From positions 5,616-69,615 of the forward strand of contig JAZJZM010000009.1 in the NCBI GenBank assembly GCA_040389865.1: a DNA stretch of 64,000 nt, written 5' to 3'. The stretch comes from Bacteroidota bacterium (lineage in GTDB: Bacteria > Bacteroidota > Bacteroidia > 2-12-FULL-35-15). Under the pieces are notes generated by a model. The model did no database searches and was not told the DNA's origin. It saw only the letters and a program-made list of their open reading frames with translations. How positions within the stretch are numbered: the stretch's first letter is position 1; each line of letters starts with the position of its first letter. Both the position numbers and the translations under genes were made by a program. Positions 50,642 to 60,766 of the stretch are shown piece after piece.

Positions 50642-51658
50642 ATGAAAAATTCCATTGTTTATTTATTAACCGCATTCGCCCTATTTTTATCATCCTGCAA
50701 TGGCAATCGTTTGAATGTGGATGTTTCAGATATTACTATTCCTAAGGTAAAAATTGACCGGTTGGAACAGGATGTTTTTAATATAGATACTGCCGATATT
50801 AATACTTCCGACAAAAAATTACAAGCCAAATACGGAAATTTTTATTCGAGTTATGTATCACGGATCATTAATAACGGTGGCCGCCACGATTCTTCATATA
50901 TATCCCGTTTGAATCAATTTATTGCCGATCCGGATATGCTTGAAGCTTATAGTGATTGTCAAAAAATGTATCCCAATACCGATTTTTTAGCCGAACAATT
51001 AACAGAAATATTCAAAAGATTCAACTATTATTTTCCAGAAAAAATTGTGCCAAAAACAATTACAATGATGTCGGGGTTTAATTACTCGGTAGTATTGCTG
51101 GACAGCACGCTTGCCATTGGACTGGAAATGTATTTGGGAAGCAATAATAAGTTTTATCAAATGCTTGCCCTGCCGCATTATAAAACCTCGTTTATGAGTA
51201 AGGAAAATATTGCACCGGATGCAACCAGAGCTTGGATGATATCGGAATTCCCTTATCATATGAACAAGAGTGATTTTTTAAGCGAAATAACGTATATGGG
51301 GAAAATATTATACCTTACTGATGCGCTGCTTCCTAATGTTCATGACTCTTTGAAGATACAATACTCCGAACAACAGCTTGATTATTGTTCACAAAATGAA
51401 TTTAATGTATGGAGCTATTTTGCAGCACAAAAATTATTGTACACTACTAACCAAGCCGAAATAATGAAATTTACAAGCGAAGGTCCTTTTACTACAGCCT
51501 TTAGTAAAGAAGCTCCTTCACGAATCGGTTACTGGATTGGATGGCAGATCGTAAGACAATATATGAAAAACAACCCCGAAATATCTTTAGAACAATTGAT
51601 GCAAGAAGTGGATGCACAAAAAATATTAAACAAGGCAAAATACAAACCGAGGAAATAA
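50642..51658 (+). CDS. gldB: Gliding motility lipoprotein GldB
   Basis: Lipobox FLSSC; IGLEMYLG, GKILYL, PSRIGYWIGWQIVRQYM; lies upstream of gldC. Confidence 0.85.
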   Translation: MKNSIVYLLTAFALFLSSCNGNRLNVDVSDITIPKVKIDRLEQDVFNIDTADINTSDKKLQAKYGNFYSSYVSRIINNGGRHDSSYISRLNQFIADPDMLEAYSDCQKMYPNTDFLAEQLTEIFKRFNYYFPEKIVPKTITMMSGFNYSVVLLDSTLAIGLEMYLGSNNKFYQMLALPHYKTSFMSKENIAPDATRAWMISEFPYHMNKSDFLSEITYMGKILYLTDALLPNVHDSLKIQYSEQQLDYCSQNEFNVWSYFAAQKLLYTTNQAEIMKFTSEGPFTTAFSKEAPSRIGYWIGWQIVRQYMKNNPEISLEQLMQEVDAQKILNKAKYKPRK

Positions 51659-51735
51659 TTGACAATGGAAAATTAACAATTGATAATGATACGTCCCAAC
51701 ATCTAATATCTAATAACTAAACATCTAACATCTTT
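51657..51735. repeat. Degenerate heptamer spacer (TTGACAA / AACATCT)
   Basis: ttgacaatggaaaattaacaattgataat ... caacatctaatatctaataactaaacatctaacatc. Confidence 0.55.
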
Positions 51736-51744
51736 CAAGAAAAA

Positions 51745-52077
51745 ATGAAAAAATCTGAAATTAAATTTACCGTAACTCTTGATGAAAATAATTTACCTGA
51801 AAAAATTGATTGGAGTGCATCTGATGCAGGTGAAGAGAGCACCAGCAAAGCGGTAATGATCGCCTTATGGGATGCTAAAGAGAACAATACGTTGCGTATT
51901 GACCTATGGACCAAAGACATGATAATTGATGAAATGAAACAGTTTTATCACCAAAGCCTTCTATCTATGGCCGATACTTTTGAACGTGCAACAGGTGAAG
52001 TAGAAGTATCTAAAGAAATGCGCAGTTTTGCACAACATTTTGGGCAAAAAATGAACCTGATCGCAAAAAACAATTAA
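51745..52077 (+). CDS. gldC: Gliding motility protein GldC
   Basis: SEIKFTVTLDENNLPEKIDWSA, LRIDLWTKDM, MADTFERATG. Confidence 0.92.
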   Translation: MKKSEIKFTVTLDENNLPEKIDWSASDAGEESTSKAVMIALWDAKENNTLRIDLWTKDMIIDEMKQFYHQSLLSMADTFERATGEVEVSKEMRSFAQHFGQKMNLIAKNN

Positions 52078-52166
52078 AAAAAAATAATAGAAGGAAGCAA
52101 ATTTATTTTTAAACTCTGTTAGGTGGGTTATTTAAATTCGTGAATCCATAGAAACACCATTTCTAT

Positions 52167-52267
52167 TGTCATCCCGAGTTTTTTACGAGGGATCTTGTTT
52201 TTAATATTGCATATTCTTATACTAATTAACAAGATCCTTCTCACGTAAAAACGTGAGAAGGATGACA
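52167..52267. repeat. TGTCATCC...GGATGACA REP doublet between convergent gldC and engB
   Basis: tgtcatcccgag...gggatcttgtt / aacaagatccttctcacgtaaaaacgtgagaaggatgaca. Confidence 0.75.
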
Positions 52268-52305
52268 TTTGTGAGAGGCATAATTGCAATAAATTGAACT
52301 GCCTT

Positions 52306-52914
52306 TTACGCATTCTTTTTAAATAATTTATTGGCATCTCCAATAAAATTTAACAATTCTTTTTTCCCTTCCTTTTTTTCAGCTGAGGTATAAAAGCACT
52401 GAGGCAATTCGTCCCAATGTTTGCCCATTTCTTCTTTATAACCTTTTAAATTATCACTTATCTTCTTTTTTGAAAGCTTATCGGTTTTTGTAAAAACCAT
52501 CACAAAAGGAATACCATGCTCACCCAGCCAATCCATAAAATCCAAATCCACTTTTTGCTGAGGAATGCGTGAATCCAGCAGTACCATCACACACATTAAA
52601 TTGGGGCGGGTAAGAATATATTGCTCAATAAATTTATTCCATTTAGTTTTTAAATCCTGTGATACCTTAGCATAGCCATAACCAGGCAAATCCACTAAAT
52701 ACCAATTTGCATTAATTATAAAATGATTGATAAGCTGGGTTTTACCCGGTTTGGATGATGTTTTTGCCATATCCTTCCTATCACATAGCATATTGATAAG
52801 TGATGATTTACCAACATTTGACCGGCCTATAAAAGCATATTCCGGCATGGTTGGCGCAGGGCATTTCGATACATCCGTGTTACTTATAACAAATTGTGCT
52901 GTTTTAATTTCCAT
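52306..52914 (-). CDS. engB: Ribosome biogenesis GTPase YihA/YsxC
   Basis: GRSNVGKSS, KPGKTQ, DLPGYG, TKTDK. Confidence 0.95.
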   Translation of the reverse strand: MEIKTAQFVISNTDVSKCPAPTMPEYAFIGRSNVGKSSLINMLCDRKDMAKTSSKPGKTQLINHFIINANWYLVDLPGYGYAKVSQDLKTKWNKFIEQYILTRPNLMCVMVLLDSRIPQQKVDLDFMDWLGEHGIPFVMVFTKTDKLSKKKISDNLKGYKEEMGKHWDELPQCFYTSAEKKEGKKELLNFIGDANKLFKKNA

Positions 52915-52929
52915 TATTTTAGTTTTAAT

Positions 52930-53058
52930 TTGGAAAGTTTAAAGTCCAAAGTTTCCTTCAAACTTCCTATTTTCCATATTGATTATCATTTTTTTTCATT
53001 CACTTATTTCTATTCGCCATTTTAACTTTTCAACTTTAAACTTTCTAACTTTAAACTG
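52930..53058. repeat. AAAGTT/AACTTT inverted-arm spacer
   Basis: ggaaagtttaaagtccaaagttt ... aacttttcaactttaaactttctaactttaaact. Confidence 0.75.
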
Positions 53059-53071
53059 TCCGAATTAAATT

Positions 53072-54001
53072 TTATAACTTCTTATATGTAGCAACGTGCC
53101 GTTCTTTTTTAGAATCATAAATGTCTGCGATCTTCACCATGATAGCAGTTTCTTCTACCTCTCCAAAATGCGAATTCATAGCAGTTCCGAAAGTTTTCAT
53201 TGTGGCTGACAAATTCATGTACGCGTTTACAAGAGGAGGAATGTGTTCACCAAGGTCACGTACATTTTGATTTAAGATACGGTGACCATCCTTATAATTT
53301 AAACCATCAATGGATCTTAAAAATTCGGAAACATCTGTTTTAATAAGTAACGGTTCAATTGGAACAACTAAATTTTCTTTATCAGGAAAATAATAATTCA
53401 TGAACGCCAGGATCATATCGCGCGCATGAACATTAAAATGAGTGTACATAGTAACCTTGCCGTAGAAATAATGAATATCAGGATTGTCTACAACTATTGC
53501 TCCTAAACCATCCCATAAATTATCCAATGAAAATAAACCTTTGCGGTTATCAATAGAAGGCTGATATTTAGGTTGAACAAATGAACGTCCCAATTCAATC
53601 ACATAAGGTAAATAATCACTTACAAATTTATCAGAAAATTTAAATAGCTCTGTTGTGGCAAGCTGAACAATCCCATCAATACCTACCGGAGCATCTTTAC
53701 ATTTAATAAAACGATAACCGCTAACAATTTCCTTTTCTTCGGGACTCCAAACGATCAATTGTTTGTAAGGCGCATCTGCAGTGTCATATTCATCAATATC
53801 AATACTTTTACCTGTACCACCGCCAGAAGCACGAAAAGTAAGTTCACGCAAACGACCGATCTCAACCATTATATTGGGTGAATCATGATGTGTGATAATG
53901 TAAATTTCATTATCCCCGTTATTTGTAACACGTATAAATTTATCAGGGGTAAGTTCTGCTTCTAATATATCTTTGGAAATCGGTTCTATTACTGCTTGCA
54001 T
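53072..54001 (-). CDS. OlsB/GlsB-like GNAT N-acyltransferase (often annotated hemolysin)
   Basis: EIGRLRELTFR..GGGTG, ELGRSFVQP.YQ, IPPLVNAY; paired with a PlsC-type acyltransferase. Confidence 0.8.
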   Translation of the reverse strand: MQAVIEPISKDILEAELTPDKFIRVTNNGDNEIYIITHHDSPNIMVEIGRLRELTFRASGGGTGKSIDIDEYDTADAPYKQLIVWSPEEKEIVSGYRFIKCKDAPVGIDGIVQLATTELFKFSDKFVSDYLPYVIELGRSFVQPKYQPSIDNRKGLFSLDNLWDGLGAIVVDNPDIHYFYGKVTMYTHFNVHARDMILAFMNYYFPDKENLVVPIEPLLIKTDVSEFLRSIDGLNYKDGHRILNQNVRDLGEHIPPLVNAYMNLSATMKTFGTAMNSHFGEVEETAIMVKIADIYDSKKERHVATYKKL

Positions 54002-54009
54002 TTTTTTTT

Positions 54010-54085
54010 GTTTAAAGTTTGAAAGTTATTTAGTTTAAAGTTGAGTTCTGTATTACACACTTTCAAATTTCAACTTTGAACTTTC
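54010..54085. repeat. AAAGTT/AACTTT inverted-arm spacer; one arm encodes the acyltransferase C-terminus
   Basis: gtttaaagtttgaaagttatttagtttaaagttg ... ttcaaatttcaactttgaactttc. Confidence 0.7.
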
Positions 54086-54963
54086 TTTGTTGGCAACATT
54101 TTTGATCTATCGCCCGATTTTAAAGCATAAACATGACGCTTTACTTTTTCTGCCCAATATTCATCACGATGATCGGGAGTAAATGTTTGCCATGATATGG
54201 GTTCACCAAATATAAAGGTAAGTGTTTTGTTATTTTGTTTATACATTTCATCCACCAGATAAAACATTTCTACATTCGCTTTAATGCCAATCTTTTTTCG
54301 CCAGTACGCCAAGTTATAAAAAAAGCGGGAATTACGGCCTTCAATATAAACAGGAACTATATTTTTTTTGTTCTGTACTGCTTTGGAAATAAAACTTTTT
54401 CTCCAAACCAGGTCTTCTATTACCTTTCCTTTTTGCCTTCGGGATACCAAACCTGCCGGAAATATTAACAAACAATTAGATGATGAATAAACTTTATCAA
54501 TAGTTTCTATATAATCACCGGAATTACGTCCGTGTTTATTAACAGGAATAAATAATTCTCCGAAATTTTTAATGGCCATTAATAGATCATTCACTAAAAA
54601 ACGAATGTCTTTTCGATGAGCACCAACTGCTTTCATAAAAGCAATTCCATCCAAAGCACCAAGTGGATGATTGGCTGCTAAAATTACGCCACCATCCTTT
54701 GGAATATTTTCCTCACCTTTCACTTTTACATTTACACCAAATTCCTTTATTGCACAATCCACAAAATCAAGTTCATAATACTGGCTAAAACGATTGTTAG
54801 CATCATTTAATTCATCCTCATGAAGTACACGTTTTATGTATTTCAGAATAAAAGCAGGTAAAAATTTTAATAATTTTGGATTTTTAACAGCTATTGCCTT
54901 TTCAACGTCAATAAGCTTTACAGGGGTAACAGGCAATACTGATTCGGATAGTGGATGACTCAT
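54070..54963 (-). CDS. OlsA/GlsA-like 1-acyl-sn-glycerol-3-phosphate acyltransferase family protein
   Basis: ANHPLGALDG (HxxxxD) and IFPAGLVSR motifs. Confidence 0.85.
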   Translation of the reverse strand: MSHPLSESVLPVTPVKLIDVEKAIAVKNPKLLKFLPAFILKYIKRVLHEDELNDANNRFSQYYELDFVDCAIKEFGVNVKVKGEENIPKDGGVILAANHPLGALDGIAFMKAVGAHRKDIRFLVNDLLMAIKNFGELFIPVNKHGRNSGDYIETIDKVYSSSNCLLIFPAGLVSRRQKGKVIEDLVWRKSFISKAVQNKKNIVPVYIEGRNSRFFYNLAYWRKKIGIKANVEMFYLVDEMYKQNNKTLTFIFGEPISWQTFTPDHRDEYWAEKVKRHVYALKSGDRSKMLPTKKVQS

Positions 54964-54989
54964 AAAGTAATACTGCGAATAAAAATAAC

Positions 54990-55925
54990 TTATTTTTTTA
55001 AATTGATAATTTCAAATAACAATCCTTCTTTCAACGAATAAGTTGACAAACGCATTTTGGGAATTGAAAATGATTTAAGAATGAAATGAACCAGGATACT
55101 TGAGATCACGATCATATCCACTCTCATCGCAACAAGCCCTTTCATTTGCAAACGTTCTGCAAGGGTTGATTTCACAATTGTTTTATGAACCGCAGCACAA
55201 TCATCTAAATTAAAACTGAATTCTGTTTTACCATCAAAAATATGAGGTGAGTAAAACCGGTGTGCTACCATTTCTGCAATTGAATCGAATGAGCCGGAAG
55301 AACCAATTAATTCAGTTATCGGAAATTCTTTAACAGCATTAAAAAGCGGTTGTAACTCCTGATTTAAATAATCAACCAAAGCTTGCTTCTCTTTATCGGT
55401 GATGGGATCGGAAGGATTAAACATTTCGAGCAAACGGGCTACGCCTAATAAAAAACTTTGCTTCCAAAATATCTGATGTTTATTCGCAATGATAAATTCA
55501 GTACTACCTCCACCAATATCAATGATCAAAGAGGTTTCATCGCTCATCTTCACTGCATCACGTACGCCATAATAAATGGTTTCCGCCTCTTTATCACCCG
55601 AAATAACCTGCACATCAATGTTGCATTCTTCATTTGCTTTGGCAACAAATTCAGGTCCGTTTGAAGCACCCCTGATAGCCGATGTAGCAATAGCATATAC
55701 CTTTCCTACATTATATTTTTCGATAGTTTGTTTGTGAACTTTAAGCGCATCAATACCGCGATTAAAAGGAAGCGGTGCAATGAAACCTTTATTAATTCCA
55801 CCTTCACCCAGCTTCACAGAAATTTTAGTTTGAAAGATAAGTTCATAGGTCTTATCAGAACTTACTTCAACAATGAGAAGATTAAATGTATTGGTTCCTA
55901 GATCAATGACTGCAATGCGATTCAT
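54990..55925 (-). CDS. ppx: Ppx/GppA phosphatase (short form)
   Basis: IDLGTNTF, ATSAIR, EAETIYYG, DIGGGSTE, LKEG; no C-terminal HD domain. Confidence 0.88.
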   Translation of the reverse strand: MNRIAVIDLGTNTFNLLIVEVSSDKTYELIFQTKISVKLGEGGINKGFIAPLPFNRGIDALKVHKQTIEKYNVGKVYAIATSAIRGASNGPEFVAKANEECNIDVQVISGDKEAETIYYGVRDAVKMSDETSLIIDIGGGSTEFIIANKHQIFWKQSFLLGVARLLEMFNPSDPITDKEKQALVDYLNQELQPLFNAVKEFPITELIGSSGSFDSIAEMVAHRFYSPHIFDGKTEFSFNLDDCAAVHKTIVKSTLAERLQMKGLVAMRVDMIVISSILVHFILKSFSIPKMRLSTYSLKEGLLFEIINLKK

Positions 55926-55932
55926 CTATACT

Positions 55933-56058
55933 AATTAGAGATTTGTTGATTTAGAGATTTGCTAATTTACTGATTTATTTAATTCTACAACTCTCCATTT
56001 CTCTATTTCGCGAATTTCTTAATTCTCCAACTCTGTAAATCTCCACTTCTCCAATTAA
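55933..56058. repeat. Octamer inverted-arm spacer (TTAGAGAT / ATTTCTCT-AATTCTCC)
   Basis: ttagagatttgttgatttagagatttg ... ctctccatttctct...aattctcc...aatctccacttctcc. Confidence 0.7.
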
Positions 56059-57396
56059 TTATCCTTTATAAAAAAGCCATTTACCCAACTCTTTCCAGGT
56101 AACCTTTTTGCCATACATTAATATGCCGGTACGATAGATACGAGCGGCAAGCCAGGTAGTAAAAATAAAACCAAGTACCAGTAAACCCATTGAAAGCGCC
56201 AACTCCCAGGCAGGAACTCCAAAAGGCATTCTCACCATCATGATCACAGGTGAGGTTAATGGTATTATTGAAAACCAAAAGGCCATAGGGCTTTCCGGGT
56301 CTTGAATCACATTTTGAGCGATAATAAATGAGAAAATAAGAGGTATCGTTATCGGCAACATAAATTGCTGGGTATCAGCTTCACTATCCACAGCAGAGCC
56401 CACTGCAGCAAATAGTGCACTATACAAAAGATAACCGGCCAAAAAATAAAATAAGAAACATAAAAATATAGTTACCATATCAACGGACTTAAAATCATTC
56501 CAAACTTCTGTAACAACATTAGGCCGGTCCATTTTTTTCATTTCAGAATACTTTAGATCAGCGCCTACTTTTATTATTTGCTCCTTTTGCTGCACCTGCT
56601 TTACGTCAATATTTTTCAAAATGGTAACTGAAGCAACACTGTATAATGTCATTGTTAAAATCACCCATAATAAAAACTGTGTTAAACCAACCAATGCAAC
56701 TCCAAGTATCTTACCCATCATCAGCTGAAATGGTTTTACTGAAGAAAGTATCACTTCCACAATACGGCTTGTTTTCTCCTCCATTACACCTCGCATTACC
56801 TGCACACCGTAAAGAAAAATGAACATATAGATCAATACGCCCCCTCCTATCCCGATTGCCATAAACAATCCGGTATTTGTTTTTTTGCTCTTACCCGTTT
56901 CTTCTAATTTTTCAGTGATAACGGTGAACCTGGAATTTACTTCCGCATCTTTTATTGTATTCAGATCTACCTTGTTTTTGGCCAAAATAACATTGTACAT
57001 CATTTTACTGATCGTAGAACCGATATATTCTTCAGTAGCAATACCCAATTGTTTTTTATAAAATAATTTTATTGCTTTTCCGCCTTCTAAAATATTATCG
57101 GGTATAAATAATATTGCATCATAGCTAGACTCATAAAAGCCTTCCTGTGCCTTTTCAAAGCTTATATCAGGATAATCAAAATCAATAAATTCTTTTTGTG
57201 GAATCAGATCTTTAAATAAATAACTCTCATCGATCACCTGAATCTCCTGCTTTTCTGTTTTTTGTGTTGCCATCCAGATAGGCACGATCATCAATCCGGC
57301 CATCAAAACAGGGCCAAGAATAGTCATAATGATGAATGATTTTTTCTTAACCCTTGTTAAGTATTCACGTTTTATTATGAGAGAGATTTTATTCAT
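56059..57396 (-). CDS. ABC-2 type permease (NatB-like)
   Basis: IIKREYLTRVKKKSF, VMEEKTSRIVEVILSSV.PFQLMMGKILG, PLTSPVIMMVR. Confidence 0.9.
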   Translation of the reverse strand: MNKISLIIKREYLTRVKKKSFIIMTILGPVLMAGLMIVPIWMATQKTEKQEIQVIDESYLFKDLIPQKEFIDFDYPDISFEKAQEGFYESSYDAILFIPDNILEGGKAIKLFYKKQLGIATEEYIGSTISKMMYNVILAKNKVDLNTIKDAEVNSRFTVITEKLEETGKSKKTNTGLFMAIGIGGGVLIYMFIFLYGVQVMRGVMEEKTSRIVEVILSSVKPFQLMMGKILGVALVGLTQFLLWVILTMTLYSVASVTILKNIDVKQVQQKEQIIKVGADLKYSEMKKMDRPNVVTEVWNDFKSVDMVTIFLCFLFYFLAGYLLYSALFAAVGSAVDSEADTQQFMLPITIPLIFSFIIAQNVIQDPESPMAFWFSIIPLTSPVIMMVRMPFGVPAWELALSMGLLVLGFIFTTWLAARIYRTGILMYGKKVTWKELGKWLFYKG

Positions 57397-57467
57397 TAAC
57401 TGAAGTTTCGGGATTATTTTCTGATATAATTGATCTATTACTTTCTTCGGAGAAGAAGTATTATTTT

Positions 57468-57570
57468 ATTCATTTGGGCGTTCCCTTTCTTAAATAAGAA
57501 AGGGCCGGGCTTTTCACTTCAATCTTTTCTTAAACAAGAAAAGGATTTACGTTTCAATCCCTAACGCAGC
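57468..57570 (-). mobile_element. Empty ~103-bp MITE-like scaffold
   Basis: Minus strand gctgcgttagggattgaaacgtaaatcc...aagattgaagtgaaaagcccggccctttc...gaaagggaacgcccaaatgaa. Confidence 0.75.
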
Positions 57571-57608
57571 TTTAACCTTAAAAACGTGAACTTAGCTTCA
57601 TACAAACT

Positions 57609-58538
57609 TTAGCCGGGTATTGCTACCTCTTCGTTTACCTTAGCAATAAAAATATCATTCATACTTGGAATAATTTCTTTAAAGGAATAAATTTCAGCAA
57701 CCGGCATCACGGCATGTAATAATTCATTCGATTTTGTTCCTGTGGCCAATTGAACATGAGCTTTACAATATTCTCCTTCAGTAACGTGGTCTACAAGTTT
57801 ACCATGTGTCCATAACGAATTGGTAAAACCCATCATATTTCCTGAAAATTCTATCTCATAAATATTGGTTCTAAATTGTTTACGAATTTCCTTTACAGAA
57901 CCATCCAGAATTTTTTTCGATTTATTTATAAGGGCAATATTATCACACAGCTCCTCTACTGATCCCATGTTATGCGTTGAAAATAAAATGGTAGAACCTT
58001 GCTTTTTTAAATGTAAAATTTCGTTTTTTATCAGGTTGGCGTTAATAGGATCAAAACCGCTAAAAGGCTCATCTAATATCAACAATTTGGGTTCGTGCAT
58101 AACAGTTACAATGAACTGAACTTTTTGCTGCATCCCTTTCGAAAGTTCTTCTATTTTTTTATGCCACCAGGCATCTATCTCAAATTTCTCAAACCAATAT
58201 TTTAATTTTATTTTGGCATCACTCTTCGTCATCCCCTTTAATTGTGCCAAATACAGAGCCTGCTCGCCTACCTCCATTTTTTTATAGAGTCCGCGTTCTT
58301 CGGGTAAATAACCGATCTGTTCAATATGTTTTGGAGATAATTTTTCGCCTTCAAAAAAAAGCTCTCCACTATCAGGACCAGTGATTTGGTTGATAATACG
58401 AATAAGAGAAGTTTTGCCGGCACCGTTGGGTCCCAATAAACCGAAAATACTTTGTTGAGGAATTTCTAATGTTACATCATTCAGGGCAGTATGGCTTGAA
58501 TAACGTTTTACAATATTTTGTGCGGAAAGAATATTCAT
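57609..58538 (-). CDS. ABC transporter ATP-binding protein (NatA-like, C-terminal DUF4162-type extension)
   Basis: GPNGAGKT, LSKGMQQ, LILDEP, FSTH. Confidence 0.92.
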   Translation of the reverse strand: MNILSAQNIVKRYSSHTALNDVTLEIPQQSIFGLLGPNGAGKTSLIRIINQITGPDSGELFFEGEKLSPKHIEQIGYLPEERGLYKKMEVGEQALYLAQLKGMTKSDAKIKLKYWFEKFEIDAWWHKKIEELSKGMQQKVQFIVTVMHEPKLLILDEPFSGFDPINANLIKNEILHLKKQGSTILFSTHNMGSVEELCDNIALINKSKKILDGSVKEIRKQFRTNIYEIEFSGNMMGFTNSLWTHGKLVDHVTEGEYCKAHVQLATGTKSNELLHAVMPVAEIYSFKEIIPSMNDIFIAKVNEEVAIPG

Positions 58539-58667
58539 TGGCTATTAGTCATTTGTCATTGGGGAGTGGTCATTGCTCATTGGTCATTAGTGATCAGTTA
58601 TTAATATTAGTGTAAACTACACCCACAGCCTAATAACAAATGACTAATGCCCAGTGACTATGTGATG
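58538..58667. repeat. STRR-like heptamer inverted-arm spacer (TT(G/T/A)GTCA)
   Basis: Nine in-phase heptamers 58538-58600 (ttggcta ttagtca tttgtca ttgggga gtggtca ttgctca ttggtca ttagtga tcagtta); complementary arm ctaataacaaatgactaatgcccagtgact. Confidence 0.85.
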
Positions 58668-59825
58668 TTATTCAAAATATTGTTTCATCCTTTCAAAAAA
58701 ACCACGGTCTTTTTTGGTTGGATTTGGTTTAAAGTTTTCCGCATCCCGCAATCCCTCTAAGATCACTTTTTCATCCTTGCTTAAATGTTGTGGGGTCCAT
58801 ACGTTAATATTTACCAAAATATCACCACGGGAATAACTATTAATATCAGGTAAACCTTTAGCCTTAAGGCGAAGTACTTTACCACTTTGAGTGCCAGCAT
58901 CTACCTTTATTTTAGCCTTTCCATCAATAGTTGGCACTTCAATATGTGTACCCATGGCTGCATCAACAAAACTTATAAAATGGTCGTAAAATAAATTCAA
59001 ACCATCACGTTTCAAAAGCTCATGCTCCACCTCTTCGATCACAATAATTAAATCCCCGGCAACACCGCCACGCGCACCCATATTACCTTTTCCACTTACC
59101 GAAAGCTGCATTCCATCAGCAACACCTGCAGGTATATTAATATTGATCACATCTTCATCACGAACAATTCCATCACCATGACAAACAACACATTTATCAG
59201 TAATGCTTTGGCCTTCGCCACCACAAGTAGGACATGTGCTTGTAGTTTGCATTGCACCAAGTATGGTATTGGTTATACGTGATACCTGTCCCGTTCCTCT
59301 ACAGGTAGAACAGGTATTAAATGCCGAACCATCTTTTGCACCACTTCCGCTACATGGTTTACAAGCTACGTACTTATTTACTTTAATTTTTTTCTCTACT
59401 CCGTTCGCAATTTCTTCAAGTGTCATTTTCACTTTCACTCTCAAATTGGATCCGCGATTTACTCGCTTTCCTCCGCGGCCACTGCTACCACCACCAAAAT
59501 GACCACCAAAAACATCTCCAAACTGACTGAATATGTCATCCATATTCATGCCGCCAAAACCACCGGAACCTCCTCTACCGCCTCCAAATCCACCATTACC
59601 GCCCATTCCGGCATGTCCGAATTGATCGTAACGTTGTTTTTTTTCAGCATTGCTTAATATCTCATAAGCTTCTGCGGCTTCTTTAAATCTTTCCTCTGCA
59701 GCTTTATCACCCGGGTTTTTATCGGGATGAAATTTGATCGCCATTTTGCGATATGCTTTTTTTATCTCATCCCCACTTGAATTCTTTTGAACTTCTAATA
59801 TTTCGTAATAATCTCTTTTCGACAT
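58668..59825 (-). CDS. dnaJ: Chaperone DnaJ
   Basis: J domain with HPD, G/F-rich region, four CxxCxGxG repeats. Confidence 0.98.
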   Translation of the reverse strand: MSKRDYYEILEVQKNSSGDEIKKAYRKMAIKFHPDKNPGDKAAEERFKEAAEAYEILSNAEKKQRYDQFGHAGMGGNGGFGGGRGGSGGFGGMNMDDIFSQFGDVFGGHFGGGSSGRGGKRVNRGSNLRVKVKMTLEEIANGVEKKIKVNKYVACKPCSGSGAKDGSAFNTCSTCRGTGQVSRITNTILGAMQTTSTCPTCGGEGQSITDKCVVCHGDGIVRDEDVININIPAGVADGMQLSVSGKGNMGARGGVAGDLIIVIEEVEHELLKRDGLNLFYDHFISFVDAAMGTHIEVPTIDGKAKIKVDAGTQSGKVLRLKAKGLPDINSYSRGDILVNINVWTPQHLSKDEKVILEGLRDAENFKPNPTKKDRGFFERMKQYFE

Positions 59826-59837
59826 TTTTTTATTTTA

Positions 59838-59978
59838 ATGATTTGGAGAAGTAATGATTTGGAGATTTGTAATTATAATTTAAAAATCTTTAATCTCCCA
59901 AACTCTATAATTCTTTAATTCTCTATCTCTTCAACTCTCTATTTCTCTATTTCTCTAATTCTCTATTTCTCTAATTTT
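59838..59978. repeat. Octamer inverted-arm spacer (GATTTGGA / ATTTCTCT)
   Basis: aatgatttggagaagtaatgatttggagattt ... (atttctct/aattctct) repeated. Confidence 0.75.
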
Positions 59979-59980
59979 TT

Positions 59981-60520
59981 TTAGCTACCGATAACAACTT
60001 TCGCAAAACGAATTACCTTCCCGTTCAACATATAGCCTTTCTCCAGCTCTTCAATAACCTTACCTTTCAAATCATCGGAAGGCGCAGGTGCATTAGTGAT
60101 CGCTTCATGTAAATCCGTATTAAAAAGTTCACCGATGGTTTTCATTTCTTCAAGACCTTTTTGTGAAAGTGTACTTTTAAATTTATTGTAAATCAAATTT
60201 ACACCATCGGAAATTACTTTTGCGTCCGTTAAATCAGAATTTGATTTTATAGCACGATCAAAATCATCCACTATGGGTAACATAATTTTAAAAGCGTTTT
60301 CACTTGCTGATTGAATCAATTCAATTTTTTCCTTAGCAGTACGTTTTCTGAAGTTATCAAACTCAGAATACAAGCGAAGGTATTTATCATTCAATTCATC
60401 TATTTTAGATTGCAATTCAATAATTTTATCCTCATTTATCAGTTGAACAGCCGCCTCTGTATGTTGCTCTTCTTGTGGTTGATTTTGATCATCCACTTTT
60501 TCGGTCTCTTGTTTATTCAT
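59981..60520 (-). CDS. grpE: Nucleotide exchange factor GrpE
   Basis: YLRLYSEFDNFRKRT, LPIVDDFDRA, HEAI, KGYML..KVIRFAKV; start set at MNKQE (60565 also possible). Confidence 0.96.
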   Translation of the reverse strand: MNKQETEKVDDQNQPQEEQHTEAAVQLINEDKIIELQSKIDELNDKYLRLYSEFDNFRKRTAKEKIELIQSASENAFKIMLPIVDDFDRAIKSNSDLTDAKVISDGVNLIYNKFKSTLSQKGLEEMKTIGELFNTDLHEAITNAPAPSDDLKGKVIEELEKGYMLNGKVIRFAKVVIGS

Positions 60521-60712
60521 TTTTTTAAATATATTTTTTATTTTTTTTATACTACTTTCTCCCATTGTAAGAGTTGTGATTTCATTCGTTTAAATACCAT
60601 ATTCTTTTGTATTAAAAGAGAATGATTTTAATTGTTCTATGGCATAGTCAAATTATTTGCCATCTAAGAAAAACAAGACAAATTGACATAAATACAGCTA
60701 AAATAAAATATA

Positions 60713-60744
60713 AAAAGACAGAACTCTTGTGAATCCTGTCTTTT
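60713..60744 (-). terminator. Hairpin after the TlpA-family gene
   Basis: AAAAGACAG...CTGTCTTTT. Confidence 0.45.
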
Positions 60745-60766
60745 ATACAAAAAATTAGAATCTTAA

